Shown here: piece by piece, positions 11,001 through 20,670 of the stretch
How positions within the stretch are numbered: position 1 is the stretch's first letter
How the letters are laid out: each line of letters starts with the position of its first letter
DNA from: Laetmonice hystrix
Taxonomy: Eukaryota
Length of the DNA: 64,000 bases
Assembly: GCA_965235115.1 (NCBI GenBank)
Contig: OZ249436.1
Location: 41,728,001-41,792,000, forward strand
Direction: 5' to 3'
Made by a program: the position numbers and the translations under genes
Notes under the pieces: model-generated
Databases searched by the model: none
Told to the model about the DNA's origin: nothing
What the model saw: the letters and a program-made list of their open reading frames with translations, nothing else

Positions 11001-11414
11001 CGTCTTCAAAGCGTACCACGTACCTCCGAATTTGAGCCGCTCCCTGACGTAGTCCAGGCACGCGTTAGCTGACCGCAGCGCATCGTCTCCAATAATTGCG
11101 TCAAAGGGAAGGTTTTCTGCTATAAATACTGAGACGAAAACTCCCGCAATTCCTATAATCGTCACACCTACTGTCTTAATTTTCTGACCGGTCAGTGAGA
11201 CCAGCGGTTCCTTGGCAGGAATGGCCAATGGCTCCCGCCCGTCGTGTTTACACAGTCTCAACCAAAATTCCTTGGTAACTAGAGACCGTGCCGCTCCGCT
11301 GTCCACCAACCCGTTGATCGGCCCACACGCCGTGGGCAATGCCACCCTGGCCCGAGTGTCCCCCCTCTTGACCAGCGTGGCTAATTGGCGTTTCCCGACC
11401 AGCGAGCCCGGCAC
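8013..11414 (-). CDS. pol: Pol polyprotein (protease, reverse transcriptase, RNase H, integrase), probably expressed as a Gag-Pol frameshift fusion
   Basis: LVDSGA protease; RMPFGL and YLDD RT; TDAS...EKEAYA RNase H; H-x4-H...CPAC zinc finger; LDMVGP / HDNGREF / KVERFHR integrase DDE. The ORF-track start is not an ATG. Confidence 0.97.
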   Translation of the reverse strand: MPGSLVGKRQLATLVKRGDTRARVALPTACGPINGLVDSGAARSLVTKEFWLRLCKHDGREPLAIPAKEPLVSLTGQKIKTVGVTIIGIAGVFVSVFIAENLPFDAIIGDDALRSANACLDYVRERLKFGGTWYALKTYGGMSPPPAIATLADKWAAEFPDVIGDHAPQLGLANGVTLTIDTQGHAPVRLRPYRLPLTKRAIVEREVQAMLASGVIRPSASPWAAPVRLATKKDGSVRFCIDYRKLNNITRKDAHPLPQIQDIFDTLGGATRFSVIDMRAAYHQVAVAAGDIPKTAFVTHNGLYEYTRMPFGLSNAPAVLQRAMQAVLGSALGRYAMVYLDDVVIFSRNEEEHEQHVRDVLARFSAAGLVVKPSRCHFNQTEIPLLGYLVSGAGIRADPEKVSAIEQLHPPQSVKELRRFLGMSGYYRQLIPGYADKAVPLNQLLGKRAPWIWGEDQQASFNALKEALTGSDVMAHPRVGGPYKLYTDASEFAVGAILVQDDAAGIERPVHYISKALHGAELRWSTIEKEAYAVVYALKKLRPYLHGADFTILTDHKPLKSLFLGEVKNTKIQRWAALIAEYNAPIEYRKGAHNVRADMLSRIREPVSVNAIDTAEWVACEQDPRDTIIWGLDGLPREEVRTAQQGMPAYQEADVEGSDFERHDGLLWYTRTSEGSPYPKLVLPRRWRSKVIQRAHQEVGHQGRHKTMHRLRECYFWRGQQMDVRDALRRCPACQVNSGQVERPMPTGMPTAQFPGQIVGLDMVGPLACSLENNRYLVTIIDHATGWAEAYPVPNKSADCVLRCLQRDYVPRHGTPLIVVHDNGREFDNRTLREWFDALRIEVRKTTPYHPQTNGKVERFHRTLKDMLRKLVNNNSARWETELAQALLAHRQAVSETTGYSPYFLTYGRHARYPAVQGVGDNNVAEARGCYMEGLAEALHQAALRTQQSKERYRQHATQRANAPQLSIGDYVIPRAHERAPLDARWDTPREVTRIRGAVVWCRPKDGGPVRSYNRQHLRRVERELPWDTIQPRVSRASRAPVRHGAPRWLTQPPAQVSRPAPLTAQSTRMPRISPAPATTQLVPADDSQMDTADPEVGRGIKRPTGEGPVTRLQAKRARQSCSYLSTFWWPAP
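11341..11396 (-). promoter_or_regulatory. Candidate -1 ribosomal frameshift signal (gag-pol)
   Basis: Slippery heptamer G GGA AAC (11396..11390) in the gag frame, 8-nt spacer, then stem GCCAC-G-CUGGUC ... GGCCAG-G-GUGGC; pol is in the -1 frame. Confidence 0.75.
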
Positions 11415-12328
11415 TCACGTGCAATATGACCCGGCCGCCCGCAATCATAACACACAAGCTGACCGTTAGGTGCCTTGCGTGGCTTGCCGTGGACCTCCCG
11501 CCGCGGTGGCTGAGGGGCCGGGGTGGCCGGTTGTGCCGCTGACTCTGCGCCGGTCAGCTTGGCCAGCTGCTTGGTTACCGCTCCTAATTGGCGCTGGAAC
11601 CCCGCCAACTTCCGATCAAGTAGCCGACTAACCTTTTCCTCGGTGCTCTCCGTCGGTGGTTGTGGTGGCAACAGCTCCGGCGGGGGCGGGGGCAGCGCCC
11701 CCACCTCCATTGGTGTTTCGACCCGCTCCGCCGGCCCTGCCAACTGCTCTGCCCGCTCGTGTGTAGCGGCCGCCGCGTAGGCCGCCTCCAGCGTCCCTGG
11801 CCGAGCCGTGTGAATATGGGCCCTCATGTCCCTATTCCGCATCCCCGCGATGAACGTCCTTATGAGACGCTCCCCCACCACGGGTACCGCACGCTCAGCC
11901 ACTGAGTAGGCCCGCTTGATAGCCACGTCAAATGCACGGCTATATTCCCGCACGTCCTGAAACGGTGCCTGACCCATCTCATCCACACGCCGACGCAGAT
12001 ACTCTTGCTCGTCTTGGTCGAGATAGGTGGCCTCTATTTTCCTTCTTATCAGCTCCCAGGTGTTAGGGATAGCCGGATTGGCCGCATCGTTGGCACGGAC
12101 CCAGTTCCGAATCGACGTGTCCAGGTCGCCCTTCACCAAGTAGCCGACCATGGACATAACGAGCTCGTCATCGGAGCTCGTCCATTCTTGGGCTGACGAC
12201 ACGTCGTCCAGCCACTGCCGCAGTGATGCCCTATTGGTGCCATCTTGCACCCCGATATGTTTCGCATGCCTTTCAAAATTGGTTTCGGCAAACCGCCTCT
12301 CCTGAACCTGGGCCAACCCTTCCGCCAT
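11381..12328 (-). CDS. gag: Gag, 315 aa
   Basis: ATG start; capsid-like helical region; PMEVG motif typical of Gypsy Gag; CCHC zinc knuckle CYDCGRPGHIAREC; overlaps the pol 5' end. Confidence 0.93.
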   Translation of the reverse strand: MAEGLAQVQERRFAETNFERHAKHIGVQDGTNRASLRQWLDDVSSAQEWTSSDDELVMSMVGYLVKGDLDTSIRNWVRANDAANPAIPNTWELIRRKIEATYLDQDEQEYLRRRVDEMGQAPFQDVREYSRAFDVAIKRAYSVAERAVPVVGERLIRTFIAGMRNRDMRAHIHTARPGTLEAAYAAAATHERAEQLAGPAERVETPMEVGALPPPPPELLPPQPPTESTEEKVSRLLDRKLAGFQRQLGAVTKQLAKLTGAESAAQPATPAPQPPRREVHGKPRKAPNGQLVCYDCGRPGHIARECRARWSGNAN

Positions 12329-12400
12329 CCTAACTCCGTCGCACCTTCCAAATTATGTCGACTGATCCTCGTCTTACATAAACAACTAGCGCACTCTACC

Positions 12401-12682
12401 TTATTGTTCCTCAGGCCTGAACATAACCGGGTTGATCACCTGCACACCTGATTGATCCTTTGCTACCAGAACGAGCGTTGTCTGTGCGGGTAGATATACG
12501 CCAATGTAGTCCGTCCCCTCAATGGTTATAGCCAGCGTCATGACCGTGCGTCTACTGTTTCCTACCCTCCGTTGCAAACGTCTGTAGTCCGTCACAGAAA
12601 CGACCAACGTGCCTCTCATGGTTGGGAGTCCGTGTACTGGACAGTCATGAGATCCAGCACCACGTGGAGTGTGTATAGCCAC
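12401..12682 (-). CDS. Putative small accessory ORF (ORF0) between PBS and gag; 72 aa from the ATG at 12619, or 96 aa if spliced from the LTR ATG
   Basis: Sense-strand open frame filling most of the leader; protein-like beta-strand pattern (RGTLVVSV, TVMTLAITIEG, YIGVYLP, TLVLV); no family recognised. Confidence 0.45.
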   Translation of the reverse strand: MAIHTPRGAGSHDCPVHGLPTMRGTLVVSVTDYRRLQRRVGNSRRTVMTLAITIEGTDYIGVYLPAQTTLVLVAKDQSGVQVINPVMFRPEEQ

Positions 12683-12716
12683 ACTGCAGCGCCACGCAGT
12701 GCCGTCAAAAAGACTG

Positions 12717-12733
12717 TCCCATCGCGGTCACCA
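12717..12733 (-). promoter_or_regulatory. Primer binding site
   Basis: TGGTGACCGCGATGGGA begins 4 nt after the 5' LTR and is complementary to a tRNA 3' end ...GGUCACCA; resembles tRNA-Trp-type PBSs, tRNA identity uncertain. Confidence 0.75.
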
Positions 12734-12737
12734 AATA

Positions 12738-13562
12738 TGTTGTGGACCCACCCTGGAGAGGCGGCGGTCGTAGGTAGGAGGGAGACGGGGGGAACTTACC
12801 GTACCATGTACCCCAGTGAAGATAAGTCAACGACGGCTGGCGGTGATGATAATTGTATTGTCAGACATGATACATGATATAGAGTATCGCGGGATACTCT
12901 ACTAGCCTAGAGGCTGAACCTCATGCTAACTGACAAGACCGAGAAACCGGCTGATTACTAAGTGACTACGTCCATAAGTGTAGATGAGAGAATAAGTCGA
13001 TAAGTGAAGTAGTGAATATTCGGTGCCCCTATATATACTAAACGCCGTCCGTGTCAGCGTTCCGGCCCGGTCCCTCCGCTCTGCCAGCAGTGGACCCGGT
13101 GGCTGCGGTCACCGACACGGACCCACAAGATGACATCGTGTCACCGGTCGGTCAGTGTCCGGATCCCGCGGCCCCTAGTGACACCGCCCGCCCAGCTGGG
13201 GGTCCGCCATGGAGGCCAACACGGACGGAAGACGCTGGGTACGTGCCGGTGTCATCTCACCATGACAACGGTATTGATACAACCGTTATACAACTTGGGA
13301 GGTGACGGCCCGAGCGTCCCCGGATCCAGCCCGTACCCGCATCCGACTTAGGGGAACCCAATACTCCAACAACTACATGATTAAATATATACATAACATC
13401 CAAGCCGCCCATCCTTAAGGGAATATAAACGGGAACAAGGATTCAGCTATACTAACATACAGAGATAATAAGGTTTACAGTAATGACATATAGATATACA
13501 TATATATACGGGGGAGGCCAACTATATTAAATGTCCAGCGGCAGCGAAGCCTAGCCGCAACA
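12738..13562 (-). repeat. 5' LTR (825 bp) with TATA box, Inr-like motif and splice donor
   Basis: Differs from the 3' LTR by about 3 substitutions and one 9-bp net indel (manual comparison). TATATATAG at 13037..13029, TCACTT about 30 nt downstream, ACG|GTAAGT at 12800/12799. Confidence 0.95.
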
Positions 13563-13800
13563 ATGTGAACAAAAACATCCTTTTGTATCCTTTGCATAAA
13601 TATAAAAAATAAACAGAACAAGAAATGTCTTAACTTTTCTTGATGGTCAGATTACCACAGGGAGGGTCATTTTTCCACTGTGGAAAAGTGACCCGGGGGT
13701 CAATTTACCATGGCCGGGGTCAGTTTTCGATGTGACACCCCCACCCCAGCATTGCTTTGGGGCTGTTTGCGGCTGACCGTCACCCTCAGCTGCAGTCTGA

Positions 13801-14241
13801 AGCGGTGTTTCCATTAACGCGGTCCGGGCACGGGTACGGCTGATATCGCACGTCGTTGTTTTTAATGTAAGTGTTTCCATTAATGCGATCCCCGTACGGC
13901 GCCCGTTCGGACGTCGCATGCGGCTGTTCCCGATCGCGTCATGGAGCGATTCGAGCACAGCCGCAGATGAGCCGCATGAGGGATCCCCTTGATCCTAGGT
14001 GGTCACGTGCATGTTCTTCACTCAAAAAATGGATGGCACCATGCCTCACGTGGTCAGCAAGCAAGACATCCAAAAACTTAACGAAAAACTTATCGATTAG
14101 GCAGATGTATGGCCTATGACCTTATACCAACAACATTGAGACGCAGCCGGGACGCACCTTTAAAAACAACGACGTGTCTTATCAGCCGTACCCGTGCCCG
14201 GACCGCAGCCGGGCCGCAGCCGCGTTAATGGAAACACCGCT
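13801..14241. mobile_element. PIF/Harbinger-like MITE
   Basis: TIR AGCGGTGTTTCCATTAACGCGG / CCGCGTTAATGGAAACACCGCT; TGA on both sides; a partial related copy lies at about 43785..43848. Confidence 0.78.
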
Positions 14242-15868
14242 TGAGACTGTCAGTCCTGAGCTACAGTCAGGCCTTGTCTCTGGATACGCCCCTGGTAGGG
14301 ACTGTCGACTGACTCAGCATGCCAGGTTGTGTGGCTGTCGGCTGCACTCAATTCGAAAAGACCGAAGACCAGCGCTATAAATAACTCTGTTGGCGGCTTT
14401 CGGTGACTGCTGCAGCCGCGTCACTGCTTGGACACCTTGTACCATATTCTATGGTGTCCTGCCACATGGAATGGGGTACGCACAAGTGACGTCATTTGCC
14501 AAGTGGGGAACCCCATGTTCTTGGCACAAGATGGCAGAGAAGGGCCGGTGAGGAGTAGCGGTGGATTTTTAACGGTAACTTTTTTGATCATTTTTTCTGA
14601 TTTTTTTTAGAGATCCAAGGTGCAAGGTATAGGATTGGTCTACCAGTGCAGCCCTATTTGATATAATTATTTTTTGTTGCTTTAAGTTGGCTTTTCTTCT
14701 TTATCGGGTTGAATTGTGGTCACATTATCGGAAAATGATGGGGTTAAAATGGAGTCAATTTATGGAAGTGCATATCACCAACTTCCAATTACGGTCGTCG
14801 TCGAAGTCAAAATCATTATCATGGTGATATTTTTAGTAAGGTCGGTAATATGGGCATAGCAGGTAATATGGGCAGCCCGCATATTTGCTAATTTATGCCA
14901 AATTTGGTGCTGCCACATTGCGTTACATTGTAGTTGGGTACATGACATTAAAGTTACAACATTTTTAAAACCTGTAAAAATCGACGCCCTCCATATAAAT
15001 CAGCTTAGTGTCAACATGCAAAACTCAAATAAATTTAAGTGACACCAACCAAATGTAATGTTAGAACGCTCAGCTGACTCCGTTGCAATCTAAAGCTCTA
15101 CCTTCGAACCGCTTGACCATTTTGGATAACCGTGTAACAATTCCCTGATGCGCGCCTGTCGAGCACCCATGCCCGTTTTACCCACGCTGAGTTTTAGCGC
15201 CTCTCAGGTGACGCTGATCGGAGCGTGGGGTTTCAAGGCCATCCACTGATCTATTTCAATGCAACGAGCACTGTCACGTCTTCTGTCCAGCTCCTTCTTT
15301 CTCAGCTTTTTAGCTGATCCTGTTGCATACATCGACTTTCGTCGCTTGAAAGCCCGTTTCCTCGGAGGCATATTTACTTATACATGATACTTATGATACT
15401 TATGAGGAACCTTTAAAGTGACATCGCGAGTATCTTCGAGAATAAAACACTTACCTGTCCCCTATAGTCACCTATTGACACACTGTTACTGCAATACTGC
15501 AGTATGATGATTTTTGTTAACTAAAACTCGGACCGAAGCTAAAACATGATAATTAGCAGGAGTTTGAATTTGCCTCCGCTCTCCGGAAGGGGCGCTGCAA
15601 ATCACGTCGAACAACATCCCATAATAGTCCTAGGTCTTCAGGTATCACTCCACCATATTTGATCATCACCATACGCTTGCTTTGTAAATATGCCGCCGAG
15701 GGCTTTTAAACGACGAAAGTCGATGTATGCAGCAAAATCAGCTAAAAAACTGGGAAAGGAATTGGACAGAAGACGTCACAGTGCTCGTGTCATTGAAATA
15801 GATCGGTGGATGGCCTTGAAACCCCACACTCCGAGTGTCACCTTAGACTGTGAGAGGCGCGCAGCACT

Positions 15869-16329
15869 CACTCGGCTCACCCACGATTGACTCCGTCATA
15901 TCTCGGCTGTACGACGAAGGTTCCCATGCTGGGGGGTGGGGTGGGTGGGTGGCTAGGTCGGGACCACTGACCCGGATGTAAACAACAAACTCGCGCGCTG
16001 CCGCCGTGCCGAAAATGTAGAACTCCCTAGTGTCGGACTTTATACAAAGTCAGAATATCTGGGTTTCTTCCCAGGTGAAGAAGAGACTGTTTTGTCTCCA
16101 CGATAGAAAATTCGAGGTACAGGTATGCTGAGAAATTATATTTGAACTAGGCCTATGTGCCTGTGCGTAGGGGTCGACTGTTTACTCTCTGTGTTCATGT
16201 GCGACCGCTTTACACTACTTTGCACGAAAAACGGGAAAATGGCCGCTTAATTCATACATCCGAGGCCTGCTTCGCCTCCGGATATGACCTAGAAACAGCC
16301 AATCAGAAGCAGCGTCGGTGTTCCGAGTG
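15869..16329. mobile_element. MULE-like MITE family A, copy 1
   Basis: CACTCGG...CCGAGTG termini (about 17-bp imperfect TIR); 10-bp TSD GCGCAGCACT (15859..15868, 16330..16339). Confidence 0.85.
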
Positions 16330-16682
16330 GCGCAGCACTGTTACTGTTAGGGTACTGAGCGTGGGAACGGTTATCGAAAATGGTTTCTGGTTAGCCAATA
16401 GGAACGTCCCCGGCCTAGAGGCCGAGAGCAACACCGGGCCGCGAGCAGGCCAGCGTAGGCCTAATGTTTGGATGCCAGCGCGAAGCGACGATGACAGGGG
16501 AGCTAAACTTTGTAATTTCGCGTGTTAAACCGTATCAAGTCAACTGTATGTAATTTGAAAGCGTAAACCCCCTTGATATTTCCCGTGGAATACACGTGTA
16601 TATGACCCGTAGAATACACGTGGGAAACTGTATATGTAATGAAAAAGTAATCACGTGGATTACACGTGTCATTGTCTATATC

Positions 16683-17139
16683 CACTCGGCTCACCCACGA
16701 TTGACTCCGTCATATCTCGGCTGTACGACGAAGGTTCCCATGCTGGGGGGTGGGGTGGGTGGGTGGCTAGGTCGGGACCGCTGACCCGGATGTAAACAAC
16801 AAACTCGCGCGCTGCCGCCGTGCCGAAAATGTAGAACTCCCTAGTGTCAGACTTTATACAAAGTCAGAATATCTGGGTTTCCTCCCAGGTGAAGAAGAGA
16901 CTGTTTTGTCTCCACGATAGAAAATTCGAGGTACAGGTATGCTGAGAAATTATATTTGAACTAGGCCTATGTGCCTGTGCGTAGGGGTCGACTATTTACT
17001 CTCTGTGTTCATGTGCGACCGCTTTACACTACTTTGCACGAAAAACGGGAAAATGGCCGCTTCATACATCCGAGGCCTGCTTCGCCTCCGGATATGACCT
17101 AGAAACAGCCAATCAGAAGCAGCGTCGGTGTTCCGAGTG
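16683..17139. mobile_element. MULE-like MITE family A, copy 2
   Basis: Near-identical to 15869..16329, with its own 10-bp TSD TGTCTATATC (16673..16682, 17140..17149). Confidence 0.85.
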
Positions 17140-17269
17140 TGTCTATATCATATCCGCCAGTTTTCCATTTCATATAGCCTAGGTTTCCATATCATGCACA
17201 CCGTGGGGCTATTTTTAGCCATCATATCGCCGCCATGGTTGAGTGATCAATGACTCCGAGACCCATGCC

Positions 17270-17352
17270 TTTTTGGCGCAGCTGCCCGGACTCGAATCGT
17301 GGATCTCCTGGTCACAGGTCCGCGTCTGTGCCCATTCAGCCACGCTCGTAGC
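17270..17352 (-). mobile_element. tRNA-derived SINE head or tRNA pseudogene
   Basis: A-box-like TGGCTGAATGG and B-box-like GATTCGAGTCC at tRNA-like spacing; no convincing acceptor stem. Confidence 0.4.
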
Positions 17353-17859
17353 TTGTATCTTGCACGGTTGGAATCCTGTTTTTTCTAATTACTAATTACT
17401 AATTAGCCCTACACCAACGTCAGGGTACGACTTGGTATGGGTACGACTTCGACTTGGTCAAAGTACGACTTGGTATGGGTAGCCTGCGAGTTGGTATGGG
17501 TACGACTTGACCCGGGTCCAACTGCAAGTAGGGGGCCTACGGCAGAACCTCGAAAATCAATTATTTCGATCCCAATACCTGTGGGCAAAATTCCCATTGA
17601 TTGCGTCTCCTCTACAGGCATTTTGAAGGCACATCAACTCTTCAGTTTCAAGAAGAAGTAACTGCAGTCCCGCCTGCTGTTTATTTGTGCAAGCGCAACT
17701 TTAGTTCTCATTGAAAATGATTTTTTCTTAAAAATCGTCTAAAACGTGGGATTCCAGTTTCATCGCCATTTTGTCCATGGATCACATAACTTTCGAATAT
17801 CCTATGACGTCAGACAGCCAGGAATCCGGTGCCAAAATGGTGGCCAGTACCTAACCCTA

Positions 17860-18250
17860 CACGCTCACATTCGCGCCCATTTGCTGAAATGAACGCTCAC
17901 AGATCCTGCACGGGACTCTGGGCAAACCGCAGGGGGTAACGAGGACACCAGGGTGACCTAGTTTCACCGCAGCACATGGAAGACATGGCTTCCCGCTTGA
18001 CACCAGTCAGACCGGCGGCGGTTAAGCTCAAGACAGTCAACTAGCCTAAGTTTAATTCAAGAACATCAGCGATCTTGGTGACGGGCACGCGCTACTTTGT
18101 ATCCACGGTGTAGTAATCTGACGAGTGTGACGAGTGAGGTGGCGCGGATGCTTTTAATCGGGCCGTGAGTGATATGTAATCTGTGGGACTGCTTTCCTCG
18201 CACGAACGAAGATTGCCGAAGATTGCCGAAAGGACTCGAGTGTGAGAATG
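17860..18250 (+). mobile_element. MULE-like MITE family B, copy 1
   Basis: Imperfect 14-bp TIR CACGCTCACATTCG / CGAGTGTGAGAATG; 10-bp TSD CCTAACCCTA; homologous to 42059..42464 in inverted orientation. Confidence 0.8.
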
Positions 18251-20379
18251 CCTAACCCTATTTGCGCGTAGCCACCTAGGGGTAGGGAACCAAACTAATT
18301 AAACTTTCTGCTTCTCACAATGGTTCTTTCTCAAAGTCAATCATCGTACAGAGCTAGCCAGCATTTCATTGGGGAAATGTTAATTTTAATATAACTTTGC
18401 CTAACAATAAACTTATAATTAATATATAACAGACATTATTGTAGTATTTTATGGCTGATTCTTATGTGATTTTTTTACAAATCAAAATGTAGCATGTATA
18501 TACAAAAGTAACAGCAAAGTGAATTTTTTCCATAGGAAAATACAACAATCATTTCCACGTGTACATAATCTACGTGGATAACACAGGTAAAACTGGTGTG
18601 AAGGATCAGTTTCTAAACGCACGAGGACATGCTCCTTTTCTGTTTTTATGCTAGTATCAACTGCTAGTTGGACAGACCAAACAATAGATCCTAGCTTATC
18701 TTAGGTTATCAAAATTACATTTGTTTTTCTCCCTGTCCAATGTTAAGTATGCTGATGTGACGCCACACTTGAGCTTAGATGCCCTCATGGCCGAGCTTTG
18801 AAGATGTAATGCGAGGGGGTGGGGTATAGGCCAATACCACACATTCTAGAAATACCTGATTTGCCTCTATATCCGTTGTCCTGATGATGCGTATACACTT
18901 GCCCTTCTACCTCTGTCCGAGTTGTAGCTCTATCTGACTGACTGATGCTCTAGCATCCAGCATATTCATGCCTGGAGCATAAATATGTCACGGACGAGAT
19001 TGGAGTCCCACCCGATTCCGAACTGGGCCGGCCGAGATCGGAATTCCATTCTGGGCCGGCCCAGATCAGAATTCCAATCGGGGCCAGGTCTTTAGGGCAT
19101 TCATCACCGCACCGAAGGTGGAGTGCCGTATTTATGCTTCGTGTACAGGTATACATGTATATTTAGAATTCCTATAATGGACGGCTCAATTACAGATTAT
19201 GCGTGTGAGCGTTATGGAAGTGGTGTCCGTTTTTTAGAATCATGCCTTATGTATTAGGCCTATAGGCCTACCAACTTATCATGAATTCCACGCAAATCGG
19301 GACATGAACATAAGATTTGAGAATTCCAGCCACGTGCTTGCATATCATTCTGTTCTTTACGACTTTTCTGTTACGTCTACGTCAATGTCAATCTGTATTT
19401 TGCAAGTGCCCCACCCACTGTGCATGCGCAAAGTGACCTACCATATATCATTTTAAAGATAAACTCCTGTAGATTACAGAGTGACGTTTATTTTTGCCTA
19501 GATTGGGTGTATTTAACGGACGACGGTCTGACCTTTGAAGAATAATAAGTACAAGTGGTCAATGTAATTCCGTCACAATATTTTCAATCTCGTTCACATG
19601 GCACTGTTATTTTTTCGTGATATTTCATAAAATTCCGTTTTTAACAAAGTTTTTTAATGCTGGTTCTGAAAATAATCATATATTGCTTTAGTGTGGTTTA
19701 TATTTAAAAGCAAGCCGTGACGGAATTACAATTAACGTCGTGACGGAATTACACGTGAATGTAATTCCGTCATATCGGCCCCCCCCCCCCATGATTCCAA
19801 AAGTTTCTTGGGCCCTGCCCTGCTTACGTGCAGAATCTTGGGCGGCCCTGGGGGAAATAGCAACGGAGCGTCAACGTGAGCGAAGGACTCAAACAGAATC
19901 CAAGGGTAGCCTGTAGAGCTGGGAGGGGGGGGGGGGGGTAGTCGGGGGAAGGGGGATGACAGTTGCCCATCCCTAAGATTTTGTTTTACCCTTTAGGTTA
20001 CCATATACCGAGCAGTTACCGTAACCCAGCCACTGTATTCCATATTGGAAATAAAATAAATAAAATGACCCATCGCCATGACCCACCACTTTGAAAGGGG
20101 GGTGGTAGGAGTGTATCTTTTGCCCCCCCCCAACTTTTTACTCGAAACTTGAACGTCGCTGCCATACCTTATTTTGTGTTCTAAATTGCACCAGATGTCA
20201 CCAAAATAACCTGAAATTTCTTCGGCCCTCGTGATGGACTCATTTGGCCCATCTAAATCCCCCACCCCCACTCCACCCACCTGGAAGGCTAAGGGCCTGG
20301 TGTAGATCTAGGCCTAATATGAAAGGTTGGCCTACAAAGCTCTTCAACCAACAGTTTAGAGATCAGGTAATAGAAGACT

Positions 20380-20670
20380 CTGTCTTCAGTTGGTGGCAAT
20401 AGACTGAAAAAGACGGCTTTGTCAAAAAAAAAAAAAAACCATCAAAGCACGGCTCGACAACCGACGCATTTCAAGACCTAGCAAGTCAGCTACCCCTATT
20501 CTTCTGACATTCTTTTATTAAAGAGAATCAGGCTTCCTCCTATAACCAATCAGAAACCAACGTCATGGAACTAGGCAGCAACACGTGTCTACTGCAAATG
20601 GACCTTGCAGAAAACTTTACTTGCGTATGACAAAATCAAATCCAGAGCGCACATTGGCGGCAAAGGCAGC
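20380..20670 (+). pseudogene. Degraded DDE transposase fragment (Sola2-like, tentative)
   Basis: Manual translation F*HSFIKENQ...CLLQMDLAENFTCV*QNQIQSAHWRQRQ resembles the DF(S/A)ENY-x4-Q.EIQS.HW transposase motif; in-frame stops present. Superfamily assignment is from memory. Confidence 0.5.

Larger units (their letters stand above)
5487..13562 (-). mobile_element. Full-length Ty3/Gypsy LTR retrotransposon with env (errantivirus-like endogenous retrovirus)
   Basis: Two LTRs with TGTTG...CAACA termini; 4-bp TSD ATGT (5483..5486, 13563..13566); PBS; PPT; gag, pol (PR-RT-RH-IN order) and env, all uninterrupted. Confidence 0.97.
4692..13737. mobile_element. Older foldback/MITE-like element split by the Kolobok-like MITE and the LTR retroelement
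   Basis: 4734..4789 and 13655..13710 are near-perfect reverse complements (GGTAAATTGACCCCCGGGTCAC...). True ends and TSD not resolved. Confidence 0.55.

Noticed and set aside
6884..12451. Many overlapping alternative-frame and antisense ORFs inside gag, pol and env
   Set aside because: Expected from GC-rich, stop-poor coding sequence; no recognisable motifs.
15869..17139. Direct repeats as LTRs of a TRIM or as a tandem duplication
   Set aside because: No TG...CA ends, PBS or PPT; each copy has its own TIR and TSD.
17270..17352. Functional tRNA gene
   Set aside because: A and B boxes are present but no convincing cloverleaf or acceptor stem; kept only as SINE-like.
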